Made by a program: the position numbers and the translations under genes
Source of the DNA: a virus
IMG/VR virus record: IMGVR_UViG_3300050159_000095
DNA: 64,000 nucleotides
Direction: 5' to 3' (one strand)
Shown here: positions 56,349 through 64,000 of the stretch, piece after piece
Layout: each line of letters begins with the position of its first letter
Position numbering within the stretch: position 1 is the stretch's first letter
The notes under the pieces: model-generated
What the model saw: the letters and a program-made list of their open reading frames with translations, nothing else
Databases searched by the model: none
What the model was told of the DNA's origin: nothing

Positions 56349-57289
56349 CTCAAATGCAAGTAAAGCGAGTTGATTCGTCTGATGAGAATGTCAGCAAGTA
56401 TGTGTACGATTTCGGCAACGCTGTTGCCGAATCGGTACTGTACAAATATCCGACGTACGAAGAACGTACGGTGATCTGTTGTTCCACACAAAGCGGCTGT
56501 CCGGTTGGCTGCCGATTCTGCGGAGCAGGCGACAATTTCGTTCGCAGCCTCACTGCTGACGAAATTGTGGCTCAGGTGCAGTATCTGTTCACCGATCGCA
56601 ACATCGACCCTGCCCAAGTGAAGAAGGGTCAGATCATGTTCATGAGCATGGGCGAGCCGATGCTGAACAAGAATGGTCTGGAGGGTGCTCTGCGCAAGTT
56701 GCATCAGCTGTATCCGAATTTTGCGTTGCTGATCAGCACCAGCGGTCCTGCTGTTTCGTACTCGTGGCTGATCGAACTGTCGCAAGAGATCCCCACGATC
56801 GGCTTGCAGTTCTCTGTTCACGAGAGCACTGATGAGGCTCGCAACAAACTGATTCCGTTTGAGAACAAGTTGTCGCTGAAACAACTGTCCACAGTGGGTA
56901 CGGTGTGGTCGACCAACGTTGGTCGACAAGCATTCTTCAACTACTGCGCTCACGAAGGGAATACCAGCGAGGCTGATGCAGATCGACTGCTTGAGCTGTT
57001 CGATCCGCGTTGGTGGCAAGCCACGGTCAGCGTGATCTGTGAACGCGACGAAAGCATCGCCGCTGCCAATCGCCGCCAGCGCGAACTCGCAACCAACTTC
57101 ATGTCCCTCTTGCTGGAACGTGGTTTCAGTGTGCGGTGTTTTGACCCTGCTGGTCAAGACGACATTGGTGGTGGCTGTGGCCAGCTGTGGTATGTCCAGG
57201 ATTGGATGAAGAACCATTCTGATCTGGCTCGTCCGAGCATTGGCCGCCTCAGTGGCATCCCGGTTGTGCATGCTCCCAGGGAAGGATGA
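56345..57289 (+). CDS. RlmN/Cfr-family radical SAM RNA methyltransferase
   Basis: CCSTQSGCPVGCRFC; MSMGEP; QFSVH; DIGGGCGQL. Confidence 0.9.
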   Translation: MTQMQVKRVDSSDENVSKYVYDFGNAVAESVLYKYPTYEERTVICCSTQSGCPVGCRFCGAGDNFVRSLTADEIVAQVQYLFTDRNIDPAQVKKGQIMFMSMGEPMLNKNGLEGALRKLHQLYPNFALLISTSGPAVSYSWLIELSQEIPTIGLQFSVHESTDEARNKLIPFENKLSLKQLSTVGTVWSTNVGRQAFFNYCAHEGNTSEADADRLLELFDPRWWQATVSVICERDESIAAANRRQRELATNFMSLLLERGFSVRCFDPAGQDDIGGGCGQLWYVQDWMKNHSDLARPSIGRLSGIPVVHAPREG

Positions 57290-57290
57290 T

Positions 57291-57515
57291 ATGAAGGTTT
57301 CGGAACTGGACTACGAAGACGTGTTGCCTGGAACGCACGTCGTCTCAGACGCTACTGGCGTGTGGGGTGTAGTGAGTGGTAAGCAATGCACGCACTGGGA
57401 TCGACACGGAAATCCTGACCCTGATAAAATGTTCGTGTTCATCGATTGGGATAGTGGGTCCAAGTCCGTCCAACCGATTAACCTATTGGATAGAGTAACA
57501 ATCAGAAATACGTAA
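57291..57515 (+). CDS. small hypothetical protein
   Basis: AAGGA RBS. Confidence 0.65.
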   Translation: MKVSELDYEDVLPGTHVVSDATGVWGVVSGKQCTHWDRHGNPDPDKMFVFIDWDSGSKSVQPINLLDRVTIRNT

Positions 57516-57679
57516 AGTCTACCCGTGCACATAAGGATGCTTTAGCAACATCCTCAACATTGGAGACCGGGTTGCTTTCATGAACCTGATTGCTTGCGGC
57601 GGATACGCTTCAAACTATGTAGGAGCTGTGATTCTACGCGTGCCTACCAAGATCGTTAAGACCTTCAACCAAGATTGAT

Positions 57680-58000
57680 ATGCAAATCATTCCTCCAGAG
57701 TTCGTTCCGATCAAGTATCCTGGATACTACTGGAACACGCGCACCGAGACACTGTTCTCGTTGAAGTACGGTGTGTTGCGTCAAATGCAGCTGATAAAAC
57801 CAAACTGCTGGAATAAGTGGAATGGCCCGGGCTACCGCATCAGCCACGAAGGCAAGAAGCGGGCTGTCCTGCTGCCAGCTCTGAAGGCTGGCAAATGGAA
57901 CGCTAAGTCTACTGTGTTTCCGATTGAATGGAAAACGGGCTGTCAGTTTCCCATTGATCCAAAGTCTGTACCACCCGGCCGCACCGTCCGCATTTGCTGA
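57680..58000 (+). CDS. hypothetical protein
   Basis: YPGYYWN..T.TLFSLKYG. Confidence 0.7.
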   Translation: MQIIPPEFVPIKYPGYYWNTRTETLFSLKYGVLRQMQLIKPNCWNKWNGPGYRISHEGKKRAVLLPALKAGKWNAKSTVFPIEWKTGCQFPIDPKSVPPGRTVRIC

Positions 58001-58009
58001 AAAACCGAC

Positions 58010-58219
58010 ATGATTCCCAAGAAGCTGCTAACTCAACTAGCCCCACACGATCCAATTACGGACGATGATTATGGCTCATGCGTGCACTGTCGTCGTGTGC
58101 TGAGCGGTCGGTTTGCAGATCGATATCTGGAAGATCATACGTCGGCGTGTCCGTGGGTCAAGGCTCGGCGACTGTTGGGCGACAAGCTTCCTAAGAGCCG
58201 AGTTATGTTGCCCGGTTGA
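58010..58219 (+). CDS. small Cys/His protein
   Basis: CVHC...H..ACPW. Confidence 0.65.
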   Translation: MIPKKLLTQLAPHDPITDDDYGSCVHCRRVLSGRFADRYLEDHTSACPWVKARRLLGDKLPKSRVMLPG

Positions 58220-58345
58220 TCTTCAACGCGATCTCAACGACAGTATCCTCGTGCCGTTAGTTTAACAAGCACAGCGCGGAAACAAAGAGCCGCTAACTGT
58301 GGGTAAAACACGAAGCAGCAAACTCACACGGAGTATAGGGCAGTA

Positions 58346-58468
58346 GTGCTGGTGCGATTGGTCTCGCATCACCACGAAGTCGGGGCAAAGACCACCCCGC
58401 TAGACTGGAATCCGAACGTGTGATCAGGTTGAATGAGTTTCGGGGTTCGAATCCTCGCCGGCGCACCA
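58346..58468 (+). ncRNA. 123-nt tRNA-like RNA without canonical anticodon arm
   Basis: Acceptor GTGCTGG/CCGGCGC + A-CCA; T arm CGGGG-TTCGAAT-CCTCG; D-like TGCGA-TTGGTC-TCGCA; extended central stem. Confidence 0.7.
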
Positions 58469-58497
58469 AATCCTCAATTTTGACATAGGTATACAAC

Positions 58498-60792
58498 ATG
58501 CTCGTTGCACAAGACGACATCCATCTGGAACGCGGAAACACTGGCGCAGAAGCTGGTTTCACGATCAAGGCCACTGCAAAGGCGTTTGACATTCTGTCGA
58601 GTGGTCTATATGCCAACAAGATCCTGGCGATCATCCGTGAGCTGTCGTGCAACGCCCATGACAGCCACGTTGCTGCAGGCACCACTCAGCCGATTGAAAT
58701 TCGTCTGCCGACCACGCTCGATCCCACGTTCTACGTCAAAGACTTTGGCACTGGCCTGAGTGACTTCGACGTGCGTGGCTATTGGTTGCGCGATGACGGC
58801 ACCAAAGTGTCCCTGGAAGAAGGTGCCGAGCAAAGTCTGATCTCCGGCATGGGTGGCTGGGAGAAGAAGGGTGGCATCTACAACACGTACTTCGAGTCGA
58901 CCAAAACCTCAAGTAACGACTTCATCGGCCAACTGGGTCTCGGTAGCAAGTCTCCGTTCAGCTACACCACGTCGTTCATGGTTGAGTCGCGTCACCAAGG
59001 GATCCGATCTCTCTACACGTGCTTCAAGAACGAACAAGGAATGCCGAGCGTTGCCCTGATGGGCACTGAGCCGACGGAAGATCCGAACGGCGTCACCGTT
59101 TCCCTTTCCGTTCGTCCGTCCGATTCCGACAAGTTTGTTGATGCAGCGCGGAAAGCGCTGATGTACTTCGATCCGAAACCGGTGGTGATCGGCCCGTACG
59201 GATTCTCTCCATACTCGCTGGTTCATACTGTGACGGGCGATTCGTGGCGCATTCGCTCCACTGACTACTATGCGGACATGAATGGCCCGCACGTGGTGCA
59301 GGGCTTTGTGTCGTATCCTATCGACACCTACCAACTGCAGCAGTATGGTCTCAAAGATGAAGCTGCCCTGCTGGCAAATACCGACCTCGATCTGTATGTG
59401 CCAATCGGCAAGGTTGAGGTTGCTGCATCCCGTGAATCGCTGTCGTACGTGCCAGCAACGGTGACCAACCTGATCAACCACCTGCAGCAGGCCGCCCAAG
59501 AAATGCGTTCGTCGTTCCAGTCCGAATTTGACAAATGCAAGAATATGTGGGAGGCGATGATGCTGCGTCAGCAGTATACATTCCGCAAAGGCACCTTCTC
59601 CGACATCTTCAAAAAGATGCAGGATACTGCCCCGTTTCAGTACAACGACCGCGTGGTTCCTGATGAACTGACTCTGGACCTCAGCAAATTGACTGAAGTC
59701 CGTCTTGTGCGGATGGGCCTCGAGCGTACACGTAGAAGTGGCTACAAACAACACACTCTGGGTGTTTGGGATCCGAGCAATCTCACCAAAAAGATGGAGT
59801 TCAGTGTTCACGCCAACCTGCATCTGATCGTCGACGATGTTGGCTCTGGCAACGTGTCCAAGCGCGTTACTGAGTATCTGATCAAGCAGGGCGAGGTGAA
59901 TGGCAAGCGTGCACAAGCACTGCTGATCGGTTCACACACCAAGCGTGGCCCTGTAGATGACAAGCAAGCCCAACTTGTTGTTGACCAATTTGAAGGGATC
60001 GATCTCACCTACGTTTCCGAACTGCCTCAAGTTGTGACGGTTCGTAGTAGCCGTACGTACACCAAGCGTGAGCCAGGCGAAGTGTACGTGTGGACTGGGT
60101 TCACCAAGAAGCACAACTACTACGGCCGTGAGACTGGTCTCCATCGCAAGTTCAGTCGCAATACGTGGGACACGGAAGTGATCGACTTCGAAGACGGTGG
60201 CATTTATGTACCGATTGTTCGGTACGCTGCTCAGAAGGATGGTTATGAGTTCAACGGTATCCATGAGTTGTGGGAATCTGCACGGGCTCTCGGTCTAGTC
60301 TCAGTCGACCAAAAGTTGTATGGACTCAACGACAAAGACCTGAAGAAGATTCAAGATGATGCAGAGTGGGTAGACGTGTATACGTACGTCCGAGATGCAT
60401 TTGACGACGCCAACGTTGACGATCGGCTGTTCGCTAAGAACATCGTGGACTCTGTTTCTGACCAACTTGGTCGCCCTCTGATCAACTACATGGTCAAGAA
60501 CTGGGACAGTCTGAGCACAGGGTTGCAAGATGGTCCGTTCAAAGAACTCATGGCTGAGATTGTTCAGCTTGCTGGCGACGCGACTGTCAATCACCCCGCT
60601 GAGCACATTCGCCAAGTGATTGCACAGTTGAGGATTGCAGATGGTGATCGTGTGATGCGTCACGTCACCCTAACCAGTAAGTGGCAGAGCGTGGTTGACC
60701 ACTATCCAATGCTCACGTTCGTCAACTTCAAATATGCTGACGATATGCAGATCCGGAAGATCATCAAGTACGTTAACGCGATTGACGGTTGA
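58498..60792 (+). CDS. rIIA: rIIA-like protein (GHKL ATPase N-domain)
   Basis: IIRELSCNAHDS; KDFGTG; GQLGLGSKSPFSY; ASRESLSY. Confidence 0.9.
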   Translation: MLVAQDDIHLERGNTGAEAGFTIKATAKAFDILSSGLYANKILAIIRELSCNAHDSHVAAGTTQPIEIRLPTTLDPTFYVKDFGTGLSDFDVRGYWLRDDGTKVSLEEGAEQSLISGMGGWEKKGGIYNTYFESTKTSSNDFIGQLGLGSKSPFSYTTSFMVESRHQGIRSLYTCFKNEQGMPSVALMGTEPTEDPNGVTVSLSVRPSDSDKFVDAARKALMYFDPKPVVIGPYGFSPYSLVHTVTGDSWRIRSTDYYADMNGPHVVQGFVSYPIDTYQLQQYGLKDEAALLANTDLDLYVPIGKVEVAASRESLSYVPATVTNLINHLQQAAQEMRSSFQSEFDKCKNMWEAMMLRQQYTFRKGTFSDIFKKMQDTAPFQYNDRVVPDELTLDLSKLTEVRLVRMGLERTRRSGYKQHTLGVWDPSNLTKKMEFSVHANLHLIVDDVGSGNVSKRVTEYLIKQGEVNGKRAQALLIGSHTKRGPVDDKQAQLVVDQFEGIDLTYVSELPQVVTVRSSRTYTKREPGEVYVWTGFTKKHNYYGRETGLHRKFSRNTWDTEVIDFEDGGIYVPIVRYAAQKDGYEFNGIHELWESARALGLVSVDQKLYGLNDKDLKKIQDDAEWVDVYTYVRDAFDDANVDDRLFAKNIVDSVSDQLGRPLINYMVKNWDSLSTGLQDGPFKELMAEIVQLAGDATVNHPAEHIRQVIAQLRIADGDRVMRHVTLTSKWQSVVDHYPMLTFVNFKYADDMQIRKIIKYVNAIDG

Positions 60793-60851
60793 TCGATCAT
60801 GGGTAAGTGGATATACTTACCCCATTCATTTTTGAAAAAGGTAACGACATA

Positions 60852-62096
60852 ATGAACAGTTACATTCTGACTCGTGACGGGGCTGCCCTGGTGATCAACG
60901 GCAAGCAGTTCACACTGAACGATCAACATCCGAACTTCGCATTGGTGCTGGACAAGGTCCGCGCCAAGCAATGGGCAGACATCCCTGACCTAATCAACGT
61001 GTCCTTGGCACTCTCCAAGATGGCCAACGGTCTGATCACTGTGGACACGGAAGCTGCTGCTGTCTACTTCCGTGGTCAGCCGATCCACAACACCGCCGTC
61101 GATCACATGATCGCAATGATGCGTGACGGCTTCGATGTGGAACCAATGTCGAACTTCCTGGGCAACCTGTACCAGAATCCGAACCCGAAGACGATTCAGG
61201 CGGTGTATGGTTGGATGCAAGCGAACAACGTCACGATCACAGAAGATGGCTGCCTGATCGCATACAAACGCGTCCGCAGCGATTACCTGTCGTTCTACGA
61301 TGGAGCAACCAAACATGCGATCGGTCAAGTTACGTCGATTGCCCGGGAGCAGTGTGACCAAGCCAACGAGAACACGTGTTCGTCTGGTCTGCACTTCTGT
61401 TCGCACGCCTACCTGCCCCACTACTACAACGGCGAGGGCCGTGTGCTGATCCTGAAGATCAACCCCGCACACATCACTGCAATTCCGACTGACTACAACT
61501 TCGCCAAGGGCCGTACCTGCTCGTATGAGGTGATTGGTGAGCTGGACGGTGAAGCGCGCCAACTGATCGAACGTGAAGCTGTGATTACCACTCCGGTGAT
61601 GACCGAACAAACGAACGCAAGTGCCACTCAAGCGTTCAAGACCGGCTACCAAGCTGGTTACAAGGATGGTCGTGGCAAGCAGGCGTTCGGTAAGTCGGTG
61701 AATGCAGACTTGTGGGCTGATTCTGAAGAGTACAAACAAGGTTACCGCGAAGGTCGCGACGATGGTCGCAAGAAGCTGCCGAAAAAGTACGGTGACGGCA
61801 CTGGTACTCCGGATATTCAACTAGGCACTGCTCCTGCTGCGAACAACATCATTCCCACTCCGCTCTTGGATCGTGCACGCTTCATCACCAGCGACATGAT
61901 GGGTGTTCCCGTTAGCCAAATCAATGAAGCCACTGCGTTCGTGGCTGACCTCGGCGCAGATTCTCTCGATCTGGTTGAACTGGTGATGTACTTCGAGGAC
62001 GATTTCGGCATCGAAATCTCTGACGAAGATGCTGAACGCTGTGTGACTGTTGGTGATGTGTGTCAAATGCTGCTCAGCCGCGGCATTGGAGGCTAA
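60852..62096 (+). CDS. rIIB: rIIB-like protein fused to C-terminal acyl carrier protein domain
   Basis: [10 protein letters not shown]; CSSGLHFC; KINP....IPTDY...KGRTC; C-terminal [30 protein letters not shown]. Confidence 0.9.
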   Translation: MNSYILTRDGAALVINGKQFTLNDQHPNFALVLDKVRAKQWADIPDLINVSLALSKMANGLITVDTEAAAVYFRGQPIHNTAVDHMIAMMRDGFDVEPMSNFLGNLYQNPNPKTIQAVYGWMQANNVTITEDGCLIAYKRVRSDYLSFYDGATKHAIGQVTSIAREQCDQANENTCSSGLHFCSHAYLPHYYNGEGRVLILKINPAHITAIPTDYNFAKGRTCSYEVIGELDGEARQLIEREAVITTPVMTEQTNASATQAFKTGYQAGYKDGRGKQAFGKSVNADLWADSEEYKQGYREGRDDGRKKLPKKYGDGTGTPDIQLGTAPAANNIIPTPLLDRARFITSDMMGVPVSQINEATAFVADLGADSLDLVELVMYFEDDFGIEISDEDAERCVTVGDVCQMLLSRGIGG

Positions 62097-62295
62097 AGTG
62101 GAAGAGAAGCTGACTGAAGACACGAAAGTGTTCGGAGAGAATGTTTGGGTGTACTGCAATCAGCATCTCCGCCCACACTTGACTGGCTGGTGTACTGTCA
62201 GCTTGCACAACAAGGTGCAATTGGACGCAACCAATGTTGATCAAGCATTTGAAGAGTGCAAATTGAAAGGGTTCAAGCTATATGGAGAACCCTGA
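62050..62295 (+). CDS. small hypothetical protein
   Basis: [14 protein letters not shown]; real start likely downstream (~62098). Confidence 0.6.
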   Translation: MVMCVKCCSAAALEAKVEEKLTEDTKVFGENVWVYCNQHLRPHLTGWCTVSLHNKVQLDATNVDQAFEECKLKGFKLYGEP

Positions 62296-62476
62296 TCTGA
62301 AAATGCTTGTCTTTGTAGCGCTTGACAACGCAAAAGAAAACGGCTATGATGCGCTCATCAAGTCCGAAGCCGCTGTGGTGGCAGACGACATGATTGAGTA
62401 TGACGCCGCATTGGCGGATTACACACCTAACGAGCTGATCCCATACATTGAAATTTGGCAAAGGACTACCAAATGA
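62282..62476 (+). CDS. small hypothetical protein
   Basis: Packed ORF. Confidence 0.6.
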   Translation: MENPDLKMLVFVALDNAKENGYDALIKSEAAVVADDMIEYDAALADYTPNELIPYIEIWQRTTK

Positions 62477-63090
62477 ACATCCGCAACATCCTGACGTCTC
62501 TCATCCTGGTCACAGCAAGCCTCACGGCGATCGCCGGAGGCCTCGATTCAGACGCTGTTCGTCAAGCTGGCTTCAGCAAACTGTCAGAGGCTGAAAAGGC
62601 TGAAGTGCTGAAGGCCGTCGCGGACAAAGCATCCGTTAAGGATGCTGGCGCGCTTCAAATCGTGGCTGAAGCCGCGGCCAGCGAGCAAAATGCCAAGAAA
62701 GCGGATGCTTGGTTGAATGTTGGTGAGCGGATCGGCAAGATGATCGGTGGTGCAGCCAAGGAAGTTGGGGTTGCTGTCAACGACTTTGTGAAGACTCCTG
62801 TGGGTATGGTGGCAATGGCTCTGATCGTGTGGAACTACATGGGTGGCGTCATTGTTCACGTGTTTGGTAGTCTGCTCGTTCTGGCTATTGGTCTCGGATT
62901 CGTCCGTTACTTTGCCGCGCGCTATACCGGCACCGTCATCAAATACGATTCGGAAAAGCGTGACATCTTCGGTCGTTCCGTGAAGATCAGCGAAACACAC
63001 AATTCGTGGGATGGTGGCGACATCGCTTGGTTCATGATTGCCATCGCTCTTGTCATTATCGCATCTTTGATCACTATGTTCACGTACTAA
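62473..63090 (+). CDS. exported/membrane protein
   Basis: Signal-like N-terminus and three hydrophobic helices. Confidence 0.8.
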   Translation: MNIRNILTSLILVTASLTAIAGGLDSDAVRQAGFSKLSEAEKAEVLKAVADKASVKDAGALQIVAEAAASEQNAKKADAWLNVGERIGKMIGGAAKEVGVAVNDFVKTPVGMVAMALIVWNYMGGVIVHVFGSLLVLAIGLGFVRYFAARYTGTVIKYDSEKRDIFGRSVKISETHNSWDGGDIAWFMIAIALVIIASLITMFTY

Positions 63091-63136
63091 GAGGTGCCCC
63101 AGGGGCACCTCTTAGCGTCAACTCAAGAGGATCAAG

Positions 63137-63550
63137 ATGAATACATCGAAGGTAGTCGTCAAACGATCAAAGATTCACGGTCGTGGATTGTTTGCTGTCG
63201 CAGACATCAATCGTGGCAATGTGATCGGATACTACACAGGGCCGCTGTTGACACAACAACAAGTCGCACACTCTTCAAGTGACTGTGTGTATCTGTGGCA
63301 GCTGTCCAATGGGCTGTACATCGATGGGAAGAATGACCTGCGGTACTGCAACCATTCGTGCGATCCTAACGCACACAGCGAAGAAGTGACGCGTGGCGGT
63401 CAGTTGGCAATCATCTTTCGTGCCAGACGACAAATTCTGGCTGGAGAAGAGGTGTACATCGAGTACAACTTGCTGAATGCGGAGCCTGGTGATTTGCAGT
63501 TGTGTCATTGCGGATCTCCCAAATGTCGCGGGACGATGTTGGCTGAGTAG
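63137..63550 (+). CDS. SET-domain methyltransferase with post-SET
   Basis: SKIHGRGLFA; YCNHSCDPN; GEEVYIEY; CHCGSPKCRG. Confidence 0.92.
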   Translation: MNTSKVVVKRSKIHGRGLFAVADINRGNVIGYYTGPLLTQQQVAHSSSDCVYLWQLSNGLYIDGKNDLRYCNHSCDPNAHSEEVTRGGQLAIIFRARRQILAGEEVYIEYNLLNAEPGDLQLCHCGSPKCRGTMLAE

Positions 63551-63590
63551 AAAAAGGGGTGTTGATCAACACCCCTTTTTCGTTTATAAT
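63551..63590 (+). terminator. terminator overlapping sigma70-like promoter
   Basis: AAAAAGGGGTGTTG-AT-CAACACCCCTTTTT; TTGATC-N17-TATAAT. Confidence 0.75.
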
Positions 63591-63619
63591 CACCGCATGT
63601 TCATTACTACAAAGGCTGT

Positions 63620-64000
63620 ATGAGTTCTTCTATCAAGGCTGCCCTAACTGCCAATGCTTCGATTGCAGTTGCCAAAACGATCGGGGCGTTCTTCACTGGT
63701 TCTGCGTCAATGGCCGCTGAAGCCATTCACAGTGCTGCTGACTGTGGCAACCAACTGTTGCTGATGTGGGGCTTCAAGTCGTCTGACCGCGATGCTGACA
63801 CCAATCACCCACTTGGTTACGGCAAAAATGCCTACTTCTGGTCATTCATCGTGGCTCTCGTGCTGTTCACGCTTGGTGGCGTGTACTCAGCATATGAGGG
63901 ACTGCACAAGATGGCGCACCCCGAACCTCTGAAGTTCGTGGGTTGGGCGGTGGCGATCCTGGCATTCGGCTTTGTGATGGAGCTGCGCTCATTCCGCATC
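63620..64000 (+). CDS. cation diffusion facilitator transporter (runs off window end)
   Basis: Manual translation: AVAKTIGAFFTGSASMAAEAIHSAAD..HPLGYGK..YFWSFIVA..YEGLHK. Confidence 0.88.
   Translation, partial: MSSSIKAALTANASIAVAKTIGAFFTGSASMAAEAIHSAADCGNQLLLMWGFKSSDRDADTNHPLGYGKNAYFWSFIVALVLFTLGGVYSAYEGLHKMAHPEPLKFVGWAVAILAFGFVMELRSFRI

Noticed and set aside
57516-57679. Structured RNA or second ATG-x-TAG readthrough gene
   Set aside because: No convincing long helices or coherent frame; probably a small degraded ORF
1-64000. Genome-wide stop-codon reassignment (code 4, 15 or 25)
   Set aside because: Many well-defined genes end in TGA (e.g. 7279, 49316) and some in TAG (50351, 63550), followed by terminators or new starts; the in-frame stops at 1307 and 2686 are local
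1-64000. CRISPR array, rRNA, integrase or IS element
   Set aside because: No regularly spaced repeats, rRNA-like sequence or recombinase/transposase motifs were seen

Overview
A dense 64-kb segment of a large T4-related (jumbo) myophage genome. Evidence for this: a gp23-like capsid paralog, rIIA/rIIB, spanins, a UvsW-like helicase, homing endonucleases, recurrent (A/G)TAAATA T4-type late promoters and sigma70-like early promoters. Most genes are + strand accessory genes; late/virion genes are interspersed, often on the - strand. Themes: (1) translation and RNA repair: an RF1-type release factor interrupted by an in-frame UGA at a Trp position, Pth2, two RNA-ligase-like proteins, a CYTH protein, an RlmN-like methyltransferase, Ro60/TROVE behind a leader with alternative terminator/antiterminator pairings, an atypical tRNA-Arg and two unclassified tRNA-like/structured RNAs; (2) a Ter-type stress cluster (TelA, vWA, DUF475/TerC-like, HAD, PRTase, TerD); (3) dispersed 7-deazaguanine genes (TGT/DpdA-like, QueE, QueD); (4) unusual proteins: an rIIB-acyl carrier protein fusion, a late kinase-like protein, a SET-domain protein and a CDF transporter. 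No CRISPR array or rRNA was seen. All calls come from reading motifs and base-pairing by eye; no database search or folding program was run.
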